Origin: Candidatus Jorgensenbacteria bacterium
GTDB lineage: Bacteria; Patescibacteriota; Minisyncoccia; UBA6257; GWB1-50-10
DNA length: 50,243 nucleotides
Assembly: GCA_011050075.1 (NCBI GenBank)
Contig: DRGK01000008.1
Span: 1 to 50,243, forward strand
Direction of reading: 5' to 3'
Shown: positions 7,750 to 17,989 of the stretch, piece by piece
Numbering within the stretch: the stretch's first letter is position 1
Layout: each line of letters begins with the position of its first letter
Translations under genes and position numbers: made by a program
The notes under the pieces: model-generated
The model's input: only the letters and a program-made list of their open reading frames with translations
Databases searched by the model: none
What the model was told of the DNA's origin: nothing

Positions 7750-8991
7750 TTAATCGATAAACGTTAAGGCCTTTCCCTTCTGAGTTCCACGGCCGGTTCT
7801 TCCAATTCGATGGATGTAATCATCATACGTTTCTGGAATTTCGTAGTTAATAACGTGCGTAATATTACTAATATGCAGCCCACGCGCAGCAACATCAGTT
7901 GCTACCAATATCTGTACGCGATTCTGCTTAAAGCTTAGTAAAGCTCGTTTCCGCTGTGCTTGTGTTTTATTGCCATGAATAGACTCTACCTTTATTCCAC
8001 GTCGCATCAATATGCGTGACAAGTTTTCTACTCCATGCTTTGTTCGTCCAAACACCAGAACCTTTTTGAATTCATCATTTTTCAGTAAGTCGTGCAATAC
8101 ATCCACCTTGTTTAAATTACGAACCCGTATAACGTCTTGTTCAATATTTTTTGGAGTTTCCACTGTTTTTACAGAAATCGTACTCGGATCTTTTAAGAAG
8201 TCAGCGATGAGTCTCTCTATAGTTGTTGACATAGTCGCGGAAAAACAGAGCGTTTGCCGCTTTTCTGATATACGAGACATTAAGAATCTAATATCGTGTA
8301 TAAATCCCATATCAAGCATTCTATCTGCTTCATCGAGCACTACCGTATGTACTTCATTCAGCATAAGATTTCCTCGTTTTACTAAATCAATAAGACGTCC
8401 TGGAGTACCGATAATAAAATTACTTTTCCGCTGCAATTTTCGAATTTGTATCCCTATGTGTTCTCCCCCTACACACGCTACGGAATATATACGCATCTGT
8501 TTTGTAAGTCCCCGAAGCTCTTGTTCTATTTGTTGTGCAAGTTCACGAGTAGGAGTTGTAATAAGAATTTGTTCATGTGAATTTTGCAGCACGTTCTCAA
8601 TAAGTGGAATAAGAAACGCTGCTGTTTTCCCGGTTCCTGTATTTGCAAGTCCAACCACATCTTTTTTCTGAAGAATAGGAACAATGATCTTATCTTGAAT
8701 AGGAGTTGGTTGTGCGTATCTAAGTTGTTCAATAGAACGCAGCAATACAGGATTTATCTCAAAGTCTGCGAATGAATGTTCTGGTACAAAAATTTTTTCT
8801 GGGACGGACGAGGAAGCTGTTTTGTTAATAAAAGAAGAGATGTCGAGCTTTTGACTTTTTGACCTGCCCCTTCTCGCTGAAAATTGTGAAGATCCACCAC
8901 GAAAACCACCACTTCTCTTTGAGTGACTAAATCTTGCATTTCGTGTATATTTTCCACGTGTTCGCCGTGAGGATGTTTTTTGATTGTACAT
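7750..8991 (-). CDS. DEAD-box RNA helicase
   Basis: Q-motif PTPIQ, ANTGTGKT, PTRELA, GTPGRL, LDEADRMLD, FSAT, ATDVAARGL, YIHRIGRTGR. Confidence 0.97.
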   Translation of the reverse strand: MYNQKTSSRRTRGKYTRNARFSHSKRSGGFRGGSSQFSARRGRSKSQKLDISSFINKTASSSVPEKIFVPEHSFADFEINPVLLRSIEQLRYAQPTPIQDKIIVPILQKKDVVGLANTGTGKTAAFLIPLIENVLQNSHEQILITTPTRELAQQIEQELRGLTKQMRIYSVACVGGEHIGIQIRKLQRKSNFIIGTPGRLIDLVKRGNLMLNEVHTVVLDEADRMLDMGFIHDIRFLMSRISEKRQTLCFSATMSTTIERLIADFLKDPSTISVKTVETPKNIEQDVIRVRNLNKVDVLHDLLKNDEFKKVLVFGRTKHGVENLSRILMRRGIKVESIHGNKTQAQRKRALLSFKQNRVQILVATDVAARGLHISNITHVINYEIPETYDDYIHRIGRTGRGTQKGKALTFID

Positions 8992-8999
8992 GTTATTTA

Positions 9000-10787
9000 T
9001 TATTCTCGTTTTGTTCTCTTGCGACCTGATTCTGTAAGATATTTCTTTCGCAACCGTACACTTTTAGGTGTTATTTCCAGGTATTCATCTTTATCCATTA
9101 TCTCCAGACCTGTTTCAATAGTTATAATTTGAGGAGGTGTGAGATTAATAGCGTCGTCGGCAGCAGCGGCCCGCATATTAGTAAGGTGCTTTCCTTTAAT
9201 TGGGTTTACCGTCATTTGTTCTCCTTTTGCCGTATTTCCAATTACCATCCCCTCGTATACTTCGGTATTTTCTTTGATGTACAAGACACCTCTGGTTTGT
9301 AAATTGTCGAGCGCATAGGCCAATGCTTTGCCGGTTGCCCCAGAAATCATTGACCCCACCTTTCTATGTGTAATTCCTCCTGTGTATGGGCGGTATCCAA
9401 TGATTCTACTTGCTAAAATTCCATTTCCTTTCGTATCTATAATAAACTGGTTTCGGTATCCAAATAGACCACGGCTCGGACCTTCAAATTGCATAAAAGA
9501 ACGGCTCTCTTGTAGCTCCATGTGTGTCAGTCGCGCTCCACGAGAACTTAACTTTTCAATAACCGTTCCCCGAAACTCCTCAGGTACATCTACTATGATT
9601 TCTTCAAAGGGTTCATGCTTTTTGCCATCAATTTCTTTTATAATGACCTGAGGTTGAGAAACTTGGAGTTCATACCCTTCTCTGCGCATGTTTTCAATAA
9701 AAATAGCTATGTGCAGCTCTCCTCTTCCATACACGATAAATCGCTCGGCCGACTGTGTGTCAAAGTCTATTTTTAATCCTACATTCACCTCAAGCTCTTT
9801 TTCTAAGCGTTCTCGAAGTTGTCGACTGGTGACAAACTTTCCTTCGCGTCCGGCGAACGGAGAGTCGTTTACCAAAAATGTAAGCTCAATAGTTGGTTCG
9901 TCTATGGCAATACTTTCGAGTAGTGCTTCGTCTGCAGATTTTGCCAGTGTATCTCCAATATATACGTCAGGAAGCCCGGCAATCATAGCAATGTCGCCAG
10001 CCTCAATAGTGTGTGCGTCTTTTCTGGCAACTCCCTCAAATGTAAATAGTTTTGTTACTCTATGCTTTGTAGTTTTTCCAGAATGCTTTTTTACATATAC
10101 TGTATCTCCGACAGTAACACTGCCGCTATGTATACGAACGATTGCAAGCCGCCCTAAAAAATTGTCGTATGCTAAATTAAATGGCTGAGCACGAAATGGC
10201 TTGTCAAAATCCTTTGAAGCTACGGGCACATATTCCAATATCATATCCAGTACGGGAGTAATATCTTTTGCTTCGTCGGTGAGATTGCGTTTTGCAACAC
10301 CATCTCTTGCAACAGTGTATAGTACCGGAAAATCGAGTTGCTCGTCGGTCGCTCCAAGTTCTGTAAACAACTCAAATACCTGGTCATGTACACGATCCGG
10401 GTCTGCTGCCGGCCTATCAATCTTATTGATTACCAATATGGGCCGCAGTCCAAGATCCAGAGACTTTTTCAGTACAAAACGAGTTTGCGGCATAGGGCCT
10501 TCTTGTGCATCTACCACTAACAGGACCGAGTCAATAGAACGCAACACTCTTTCCACCTCAGAACCAAAATCTGCGTGCCCCGGCGTATCTACAATGTTGA
10601 TTTTAGTGTCTTTGTATAACACAGAGGCATTCTTTGAATAAATCGTAATTCCACGCTCTTTTTCGAGCGCATCTGAGTCCATGCTCACTTCACTATCTGC
10701 TGCACCGGTTTGCCGCAAGATAGCGTCTGTAAGCGCTGTTTTCCCATGGTCAACATGGGCGATAATAGCAATATTTCGAATTTCCAT
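9000..10787 (-). CDS. typA: Translational GTPase TypA/BipA
   Basis: IAHVDHGKT, ERGITI, DTPGHADFGSEVER, GRGELH, NMRAAA, EITPKSVRLRK. Confidence 0.97.
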   Translation of the reverse strand: MEIRNIAIIAHVDHGKTALTDAILRQTGAADSEVSMDSDALEKERGITIYSKNASVLYKDTKINIVDTPGHADFGSEVERVLRSIDSVLLVVDAQEGPMPQTRFVLKKSLDLGLRPILVINKIDRPAADPDRVHDQVFELFTELGATDEQLDFPVLYTVARDGVAKRNLTDEAKDITPVLDMILEYVPVASKDFDKPFRAQPFNLAYDNFLGRLAIVRIHSGSVTVGDTVYVKKHSGKTTKHRVTKLFTFEGVARKDAHTIEAGDIAMIAGLPDVYIGDTLAKSADEALLESIAIDEPTIELTFLVNDSPFAGREGKFVTSRQLRERLEKELEVNVGLKIDFDTQSAERFIVYGRGELHIAIFIENMRREGYELQVSQPQVIIKEIDGKKHEPFEEIIVDVPEEFRGTVIEKLSSRGARLTHMELQESRSFMQFEGPSRGLFGYRNQFIIDTKGNGILASRIIGYRPYTGGITHRKVGSMISGATGKALAYALDNLQTRGVLYIKENTEVYEGMVIGNTAKGEQMTVNPIKGKHLTNMRAAAADDAINLTPPQIITIETGLEIMDKDEYLEITPKSVRLRKKYLTESGRKRTKRE

Positions 10788-10803
10788 TTTAGATTATGTA
10801 TCC

Positions 10804-10963
10804 AATAAAAAAATCCCCTCAATACTATAAGGAGATTACAGTCACTTCGCGAATAAGCGAAGCCATAAGCAGTTCTTGCAGTTTTGTCTCCTTGCCAAGC
10901 CGTATCGACGGCCTTTTTAATCGAACGTTCCTAAAAGTAACATATTTCTAATAATGTTGTCAA
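10804..10963 (-). promoter_or_regulatory. typA promoter and structured attenuator-like 5' leader ending in an intrinsic terminator
   Basis: TTGACA(10963-10958)-18-TACTTT with TG; hairpins AGGCCGT/ACGGCTT and CTTCGC/GCGAAG; terminator AATCTCCT/AGGGGATT + T-run about 15 nt before the ATG. Confidence 0.7.
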
Positions 10964-10985
10964 TAGATCCCTTTAGAGTTACAAC

Positions 10986-11093
10986 TTACTTAAACCACCC
11001 TTCTTTTCCCTGAAGAGCGAACACGCCATGACCGATGAATTCACCGGCAACGGCGATTCGCAGAATCCACTCAATTTTCTTTGTGTTTTCCAT
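10986..11093 (-). pseudogene. Truncated membrane-protein remnant, 35 aa (MENTKKIEWILRIAVAGEFIGHGVFALQGKEGWFK), resembling the start of DoxX-like proteins
   Basis: One hydrophobic helix with an LR...F..HG pattern, then an abrupt TAA; -10-like TATTAT 8 nt before the ATG. Confidence 0.55.
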
Positions 11094-11304
11094 ATAACTC
11101 TATAATACACCCTTTACTTAACTATCCACTATTTATTAAGGTAGTGTGGGAACGTATAATTTTAATCAATAATACTTTAAAAAGCGACGTTCTCAAACTT
11201 CTTAATCGTGGACGAAGTTAGTATCTATTTTTTCTATTTAGTTGTATATAATAAAGAGTATGGAATTAAAGATGGCGATATCAAACTAATATAAAAATTT
11301 ATAT

Positions 11305-12876
11305 ATGGAAAAATCATTGAGTAGGAGGAAAAAGAGTAAAAGAAAAAAAATTATTATTGTCGCTGTCGCAATTATTGTTTTAGTAATTGCTATAAGGATG
11401 TCGTTTAAAGATGATAAGCAAATTACTTATAGTACAATTGTTGCCGAACGAGCAGACCTCATTCAGGAAATTAGTGCGACAGGAAGAGTAGAGGCCATAG
11501 AGAGCATCGATCTGGCTTTTGAAAATTCAGGTCGTGTCGCAAAAGCATACGTGACAATTGGAGATAAAGTTTATTCTGGACAGGTTTTGGTTGTTCTTGA
11601 AAATTTAGAAGAAACAGCACAAATAGCACAAGCTGAAGCCACACTCGCAAAAAACAAAGCCAAACTCGCCGAGCTTAAGAGAGGGGTTCGGTTGGAAGAA
11701 ATACAAGTACAGGAGGTGAAAGTTACAAATGCGGAAACTGCCTTAGAAGACGCTGAAAGAAAACTAATAGATGAATTACGTGATGCTTATACAAAAGCTG
11801 ACGACGCTGTAAGAAATAAAACGGATCAATTTTTTGATAATCCACAGAGTCCAAATTCCAAGCTCAATTTTGTAACATCTTATCAGCTGAAAAACAGTAT
11901 TGAATCGGGACGGCTTCTAGTAGAGAGTATATTGCAAGAATGGATTGTATCTCTTGATATTTTAACTATAGGAAGCAGCCTTGATGTATATGCTGATGAA
12001 GCAAATCAGAACCTTGCGCAGATAAAATCTTTCTTAGACAATGTTGGGTTGGCGGTAAATGGTCTTATTTCAAGCAGCGATATAACACAAACGACGATTG
12101 ATGCATGGAAGCTGGATGTGTTCACCGGAAGAACAAATGTGAATAAGGCAATTGCAAACATTACGGCCGCTGAGGAGAAAGTAGAAGATGCAAAATCCGA
12201 CCTCGCCTTGGCTGAACAGGAGCTTACTCTAAAAAAATCGGGAACAATAGAAGAACAGATTATCGCACAGGAAGCGCAAGTAAAAGAGTCTGAAGCAAAC
12301 ATCCAATACTACCAGGCGCAACTTAAAAAATCTATAATTCGCTCGCCAATTAACGGTATTGTTACCGTACAAGACGCAAAAGTTGGAGCTATAGTTCCCG
12401 CAAATACTACAGTTGTATCTGTGATATCGGACGGCGAGTATCAGATTGAGGCACTTGTGGTAGAGGCGGATATCGCAAATCTGGAGGTTGGTGACGTTGC
12501 AACATTTTCACTTGATGCGTATGGTGATGGTGAAACGTTTAGGGCAATAGTTGTAAAAATTGATCCAGCCGCTGAGTTGCTTGAAGGTGTTGCGAATTAC
12601 AGAACCACACTGCAATTGGAGGAAGAGGATAGCAGGATACGACCCGGCATGACAGCAGATCTTGATATTGTTACAGCCGAGCGGGAAAATATTATTGTTA
12701 TTCCTCAACGAGTAGTGATATTCAAAAACAGCTTAAAGCTAGTGCGTGTATTGAGGGAGGGAGGCCTAGTCGAGGAGATAGAAGTAGAGACCGGAATTAT
12801 CGGGAATCGCGGACTTATTGAAATTGTCAGTGGAATAGAAGAAGGTGATGTTGTTATTACGGCAATTAAAGACTAA
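11305..12876 (+). CDS. MacA/HlyD-type membrane fusion (adaptor) subunit
   Basis: N-terminal TM anchor, ATGRV..., GDKV..GQVL, long coiled coil, IRSPINGIV, IRPGMTA, GIEEGDVV. Confidence 0.92.
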   Translation: MEKSLSRRKKSKRKKIIIVAVAIIVLVIAIRMSFKDDKQITYSTIVAERADLIQEISATGRVEAIESIDLAFENSGRVAKAYVTIGDKVYSGQVLVVLENLEETAQIAQAEATLAKNKAKLAELKRGVRLEEIQVQEVKVTNAETALEDAERKLIDELRDAYTKADDAVRNKTDQFFDNPQSPNSKLNFVTSYQLKNSIESGRLLVESILQEWIVSLDILTIGSSLDVYADEANQNLAQIKSFLDNVGLAVNGLISSSDITQTTIDAWKLDVFTGRTNVNKAIANITAAEEKVEDAKSDLALAEQELTLKKSGTIEEQIIAQEAQVKESEANIQYYQAQLKKSIIRSPINGIVTVQDAKVGAIVPANTTVVSVISDGEYQIEALVVEADIANLEVGDVATFSLDAYGDGETFRAIVVKIDPAAELLEGVANYRTTLQLEEEDSRIRPGMTADLDIVTAERENIIVIPQRVVIFKNSLKLVRVLREGGLVEEIEVETGIIGNRGLIEIVSGIEEGDVVITAIKD

Positions 12877-12900
12877 TAAAATATAAATAAGATTGGTCGT

Positions 12901-13614
12901 ATGAATATTATTGAGATAAAGAATCTCAGTAGAACGTATGGCGATGAGGTAAAGACATACGCTCTAATAAATGCGTCGTTTTCTATCCAGAAAGGAGAAT
13001 TCGTCGCGATTATGGGACCATCTGGTTCCGGTAAGTCAACACTGATGCATGTACTTGGTCTTTTGGACAGAGCAACGAGCGGCACCTATTTATTTGAGAA
13101 TAGAGATGTTTCTACGTTAAATGATAACGAGCTGGCAGTTTTACGAAATGAAGAAATAGGGTTTGTTTTTCAGGCGTTTAACCTTCTTCCAAGGACTACC
13201 GTTTTTAAAAATGTTGCTTTGCCGCTCATATATGCAAGAGATAAATCGGAAGGCAATAAAAGAGTGAGAGATATTCTGGAGAAAGTTAACCTATCTCATC
13301 GCTTGGGGTATTTAACAAATCAAATATCTGGTGGCGAAAAACAACGTGTTGCTATCGCTCGAGCACTCATTAATAATCCATCGGTTGTTTTTGCAGACGA
13401 GCCGACGGGGAATCTTGACTCAAAATCCGGAGTGCAGGTTATAGAAATTTTACAGAAGCTGAATGATGAGGGACACACCATCATTCTGGTCACTCATGAG
13501 ACAGAAACTGCAGAATGCGCTGATAGGGTTATTAATATTGTAGATGGGAAAATAGTTAGCGATAAACGTGTAAAGAGTAAAAAAAGAGTAAGTGCTAATG
13601 ACCTTATAAAATAG
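12901..13614 (+). CDS. ABC transporter ATP-binding protein (LolD/MacB-like)
   Basis: GPSGSGKST, ISGGEKQRVAIARAL, ADEPTGNLD, VTHE. Confidence 0.97.
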   Translation: MNIIEIKNLSRTYGDEVKTYALINASFSIQKGEFVAIMGPSGSGKSTLMHVLGLLDRATSGTYLFENRDVSTLNDNELAVLRNEEIGFVFQAFNLLPRTTVFKNVALPLIYARDKSEGNKRVRDILEKVNLSHRLGYLTNQISGGEKQRVAIARALINNPSVVFADEPTGNLDSKSGVQVIEILQKLNDEGHTIILVTHETETAECADRVINIVDGKIVSDKRVKSKKRVSANDLIK

Positions 13615-13618
13615 TTCT

Positions 13619-14869
13619 ATGCTCCAGCAAATCACTCAAGCGGCCATTTCATCAATCAGTTCTCTTTGGGAAAATAAGGTGCGGAGCATTATAACTATGA
13701 TCGGCATTGTTATCGGAGTTAGTTCGGTGTTGATAATTATGTCCATAGGTGTAGGAGCACAGAGTCTTATACTTTCTCAGATTGAGAGCTTGGGAAGTAA
13801 TTTAATTAGTGTATCGCCTGGTCACGCAGAAGAAGGTGATATGCTTGCCGGTTTTTTTAATTTTGCCGTTACAACGCTTAAATATAATGATGTGACGTAT
13901 CTACGTAGCAATAGATATGCACCGAATCTTGTAGATGTTGCGGGTTACAATCGAGGATTTGGTGTGGTTAAATGGCGCTCTGAAAGTTATGACACGTCGC
14001 TCAATGGGACAACAGCGAGCTACCTTACCGTCGAGGGGAGTGAAATTGAAGTCGGCCGTTTTTTTACGGAAGAAGAAGAAATAAATCTTTCTCGGGTGGC
14101 TGTATTAGGAAGCGCTGTGAAGCAGGAGCTTTTTGGAGAGAGTGATACGGTTGGTCAGCGCATAAAAATTGGAGGGGCAAGTTACGAAGTTATCGGTGTT
14201 ATAAAAGAGCGTGGCACGGTAGGTTTAGAAGATTACGACGATCAAGTATTGCTTCCAATACGGACGACACAACGGATGATGGGCATTAATCATATAGGTC
14301 TTATTCGTGCACGGGTAGATTCAGATGAGAACATAGACAAATCAATTGAAGACATTAAAGTGCTCTTGCGGGAGCAGCATGGAATACGAGACCAAAGCGG
14401 CAAGAGCGATGATTTCTCTGTAGGCAGTTCAGTACAAACGCTCAGTTTAGTAACGACTATTACTGATGGGTTGAGATTTTTTTTAACAGCAATGGCTGCA
14501 CTTTCTTTACTTGTTGGAGGGATAGGCATCATGAATATTATGCTAATTTCAGTTACTGAGCGAACAAGAGAAATTGGTTTGCGTAAAGCAGTAGGCGCAA
14601 ATAATTTTGATATTTTAGGGCAATTTTTATTAGAGGCCGTGTTTGTGACTGGATTGGGGAGTATTATTGGTATCGTTATTGGTATTATAGTTTCATTTTT
14701 GATTGCGATTGGCGTGCGATTTGCCGGATTTGATTGGGCGTTTGTCATTTCGCCGTCGTCCATAGTTCTTGCGCTCGTAGTTTCAGCAGGAATCGGGCTT
14801 TTCTTTGGGTATTACCCTGCATTAAAGGCAAGCAAACTCGATCCTATAGAAGCGTTGCGTTACGAATAA
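13619..14869 (+). CDS. ABC transporter permease (MacB/FtsX-like) 1
   Basis: RSIITMIGIVIGV, GGIGIMNIMLISVTERTREIGLRKAVGA, ASKLDPIEALRYE. Confidence 0.95.
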   Translation: MLQQITQAAISSISSLWENKVRSIITMIGIVIGVSSVLIIMSIGVGAQSLILSQIESLGSNLISVSPGHAEEGDMLAGFFNFAVTTLKYNDVTYLRSNRYAPNLVDVAGYNRGFGVVKWRSESYDTSLNGTTASYLTVEGSEIEVGRFFTEEEEINLSRVAVLGSAVKQELFGESDTVGQRIKIGGASYEVIGVIKERGTVGLEDYDDQVLLPIRTTQRMMGINHIGLIRARVDSDENIDKSIEDIKVLLREQHGIRDQSGKSDDFSVGSSVQTLSLVTTITDGLRFFLTAMAALSLLVGGIGIMNIMLISVTERTREIGLRKAVGANNFDILGQFLLEAVFVTGLGSIIGIVIGIIVSFLIAIGVRFAGFDWAFVISPSSIVLALVVSAGIGLFFGYYPALKASKLDPIEALRYE

Positions 14870-14875
14870 AGTCGT

Positions 14876-16168
14876 ATGAATAACATTATTTCATCTTTAG
14901 AACTAGCTCTAAACGCATTCAAGAGTAATAAAACGCGTACCGCGCTCGCAATTCTTGGTGTGACGATTGGCATCTCCAGTATCATCATTGTATTTTCTGC
15001 AGGGGAAGGAATTAAAAGTTTACTCGCCGATCAAGTTGAGTCTTTTGGGGCTGATGTGGTTCAAGCCGAGATTAAAATACCTTCTAGCAAGAAGGGATAT
15101 GCAGGTGAGAGACAAAGTGCTATGAGCCTACTTCAAGGAGCGCAAGTTACTACGATGAAGTCTGATGACCTGAAAGATATCTTGGAATTACCAAATGTAG
15201 CAGATGCCTATGGTTTGTTTATGACGCAAGAACAGATTACCTATCGTGGTGAAATAGAAAATACAATCGTGTGGGCCACAAGCGCCTCGTTTATAGATAT
15301 AGATCAGGCAGGCGTTGACGAAGGACGATTTTTCTCCGATGCAGAGAATCGATCATTGGCGCAAGTTATCGTGCTCGGTTCTGGGATAAAGGAGAAATTG
15401 TTTGGAGACAGTGATCCTATTGACAGGACTATTAGAGTTAGAAATGTCCGATTTCGTGTAATAGGAGTGATGGAGGAACGGGGAAGTATCATGACATTTA
15501 ATTTTGATGACATGATTTATGTTCCGGTAAGGACGTTGCAAAAGAGGGTTGTGGGAGTGGATTATTTTGTAAACATTTTAGCAAAACTTCACAACATGGA
15601 TTTTGTTGATGAAACGATGGAAGAAATGCGTGGGATAATGAGAGAAAACCACAACATCAATCCCCCAGATGAAATACGGGAAAGTATTTTCGATACAGGT
15701 AAAGATGATTTTCGAATTGTCTCTATGGTAGAGGCGCTTGAGGCATTTGATCAGATGTACTCTACGATTACACTGGTACTGCTCGCAATTGTTGCTATAT
15801 CACTTATTGTTGGAGGCGTGGGAGTAATGAATGTTATGTACGTTATCGTAAATGAACGTACCCCGGAAATAGGACTTCGAAAAGCGGTAGGAGCGAAAAA
15901 CAACGACATCATGCTTCAGTTCTTGGTAGAATCTGTTCTCATAACGTTAATTGGAGGCGTGGTCGGTACTGTAATAGGCATACTTATTTCTTGGGGTGTG
16001 ACAGTTGGCGCAACATCCGCGGGATTTTCATGGAATTTTGCCATACCAATTGAGGCATTTGTAACAGCTCTACTTTTTTCCGTAGTGTTTGGGATTGCTT
16101 TCGGACTTTACCCAGCGCGTAAAGCGGCACTAATGGACCCAATTGAGGCATTACAGCATAACAAGTAA
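14876..16168 (+). CDS. ABC transporter permease (MacB/FtsX-like) 2
   Basis: RTALAILGVTIGI, GGVGVMNVMY...ERTPEIGLRKAVGA, AALMDPIEAL. Confidence 0.95.
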   Translation: MNNIISSLELALNAFKSNKTRTALAILGVTIGISSIIIVFSAGEGIKSLLADQVESFGADVVQAEIKIPSSKKGYAGERQSAMSLLQGAQVTTMKSDDLKDILELPNVADAYGLFMTQEQITYRGEIENTIVWATSASFIDIDQAGVDEGRFFSDAENRSLAQVIVLGSGIKEKLFGDSDPIDRTIRVRNVRFRVIGVMEERGSIMTFNFDDMIYVPVRTLQKRVVGVDYFVNILAKLHNMDFVDETMEEMRGIMRENHNINPPDEIRESIFDTGKDDFRIVSMVEALEAFDQMYSTITLVLLAIVAISLIVGGVGVMNVMYVIVNERTPEIGLRKAVGAKNNDIMLQFLVESVLITLIGGVVGTVIGILISWGVTVGATSAGFSWNFAIPIEAFVTALLFSVVFGIAFGLYPARKAALMDPIEALQHNK

Positions 16169-16169
16169 A

Positions 16170-16520
16170 ATGATACTTTATAACAACGCACGGAAAACCA
16201 CATTATCGCGTGATATAAAAAAAGTATTTGGTTTTTTTGATTCAGTATTAGGACTTCTGAATTCATCAAACCCGCGCTCCATACTATTGGAAACTCGGTT
16301 CGGAATACACACCTTTTTTATGAAAGAGGCTATTGATGTGATAGTAATGGATAAACATTTTGTAGTTCAGCGGCTCTGCCCCTCATTAAAACCATTCCGA
16401 ATACATCTTTGGAATCCTGTATATCCGTACGTAATTGAGTTGCCAGGCGGAACTATTAATAAATCTAAAACACTAAAAGGTGATGTCCTTGAACTTCTTG
16501 ACCGTATTGGAGATGAGTGA
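16170..16520 (+). CDS. DUF192-like protein
   Basis: GIHTFFMKEAIDVI and VIELPGG pattern; ATG one base after the permease stop. Confidence 0.65.
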   Translation: MILYNNARKTTLSRDIKKVFGFFDSVLGLLNSSNPRSILLETRFGIHTFFMKEAIDVIVMDKHFVVQRLCPSLKPFRIHLWNPVYPYVIELPGGTINKSKTLKGDVLELLDRIGDE

Positions 16521-16577
16521 TATAATCAGAGCAGTTCATAAACTACGTAACAATATGTGAGTGAAAGGGTATCTATC

Positions 16578-16781
16578 ATGATTTATGGGAATGCAAAACG
16601 TGTTGGGACATTTGTCGCAATCGCTTTTCTCCTTATTGGTTGGTATGTGATGGGTACGGTAGAATTTACTGTACCTATCAATGATATTGGGTTTGCAGTG
16701 TTAGGAATTGTGGTTATCCCGTTCTTTGCATTTACAATAGGTTCCATAACTATAAGAATAGTTTCTTATATAAGTGCTTAG
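16578..16781 (+). CDS. Small 2-TM membrane protein
   Basis: Two hydrophobic segments; upstream TGATATAAT; start could be GTG 16557. Confidence 0.6.
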   Translation: MIYGNAKRVGTFVAIAFLLIGWYVMGTVEFTVPINDIGFAVLGIVVIPFFAFTIGSITIRIVSYISA

Positions 16782-16796
16782 TGGTTTGCACTCAGT

Positions 16797-16826
16797 AAAA
16801 CACCATTGCATATGCAATGGTGTTTT
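16797..16826. terminator. Perfect 30-bp palindrome, bidirectional terminator
   Basis: AAAACACCATTGCATATGCAATGGTGTTTT between convergent genes. Confidence 0.75.
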
Positions 16827-17824
16827 TATTTTGTAGAACGCCTAGCAAAAGAACGCTCGAGCAATTGACTTACCATAACCGCTCCGCTGAGAATGCCAAC
16901 ATAGATAAGAAGGAGAGGTAGAAAATCTATAGGTATAAACCGCAACATCCCTAAAAGAAATGCGGAATACCAAGAAACGAGAGATATAGCGCCAAGAGCA
17001 AAAGCAAGTTTGCGAATATGGTGCAGTTCTCCGGTCTGGTGGTGGTGTTTTTGCCCAAAGGAAATCTTTACCAACTTGGGCGCGATCAAGAGATTTAAAA
17101 AGGCGCCATTCAGAATAAGCACGAACACAACAACCATTTTAACCAGGAATTTTGATGATTGATTCAACTCTTGAACTTCAGGAAGATATAGGCCAATACC
17201 GCTCAAAACTAAAATTGCCAAAGCGAACCAAATTATCTGCGAGAGCGTATGCAAAATACTTGCTTCCCACTCTGAGATGCGGAGGTCTTTTAAAAATTTA
17301 AAGAAGAAAATATCGGCAATGGTTGCGCCACCAAGACCAAGAGCTACTCCGAAAATATGCAGGATAACAATGAAATTGTGATGCTCAGCTAAAAGAGAAA
17401 TGAAGCCAAGTTCTGAAATCGAAAGAGCAGTGGCAAAGATAATAACGCAGAATCCCGCTGACATGAGGCACCATGTGCACCATTGTTTGAGTGTAAAGGC
17501 CTGAATGAAAGTTAAGTAGAGCGAGAAAAGGAGGGCGGCGGTAGTTGCGGAAAGCACTCCAAAAACCACAAGCGGTGTTGCGAGTGTTGGGAATATTAAA
17601 AATAGAGCATACCCTACTGCGATAAGTCCATAATAGAGAAGGCCGAGAAGTTCAAGCGGGACGCCGAAGAATTTTGAGTATGGACTGTAAATTACCGTGT
17701 CACAGTCGGATTTAAGCGGACAGACCATTTTTTCATGTGAGCGCTTTTTGTGGCGAATATAAAAGGACAGAAGAAATCCTCCAAAAGCAGTAAAAATCAA
17801 AAGGAGGTAGGGAAATATATTCAT
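16826..17824 (-). CDS. Vitamin K epoxide reductase (VKOR) family protein with an extra C-terminal multi-TM domain
   Basis: CPLKSDCDTVIYSPYS..FGVP loop cysteine pair plus Ser, and the WCTWC CxxC active site. Confidence 0.9.
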   Translation of the reverse strand: MNIFPYLLLIFTAFGGFLLSFYIRHKKRSHEKMVCPLKSDCDTVIYSPYSKFFGVPLELLGLLYYGLIAVGYALFLIFPTLATPLVVFGVLSATTAALLFSLYLTFIQAFTLKQWCTWCLMSAGFCVIIFATALSISELGFISLLAEHHNFIVILHIFGVALGLGGATIADIFFFKFLKDLRISEWEASILHTLSQIIWFALAILVLSGIGLYLPEVQELNQSSKFLVKMVVVFVLILNGAFLNLLIAPKLVKISFGQKHHHQTGELHHIRKLAFALGAISLVSWYSAFLLGMLRFIPIDFLPLLLIYVGILSGAVMVSQLLERSFARRSTK

Positions 17825-17989
17825 GTCCTAAGTATACACATCTGATAACTATACCAGAAAGTTATGGTTTTTATGCTTGAGTAAGAAATCCTGCTGGTAC
17901 AGTTCGCAACTCTATTGAAAATAACAAATTAATTAGATGAATTTAAGAAAAAAACCCTGGAGTTAAAATTTTATTTATTAATCCAGGGT

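Noticed and set aside
11305-16168. MacAB-type exporter with two permeases and no TolC as a novelty
   Set aside because: A common arrangement in bacteria without an outer membrane
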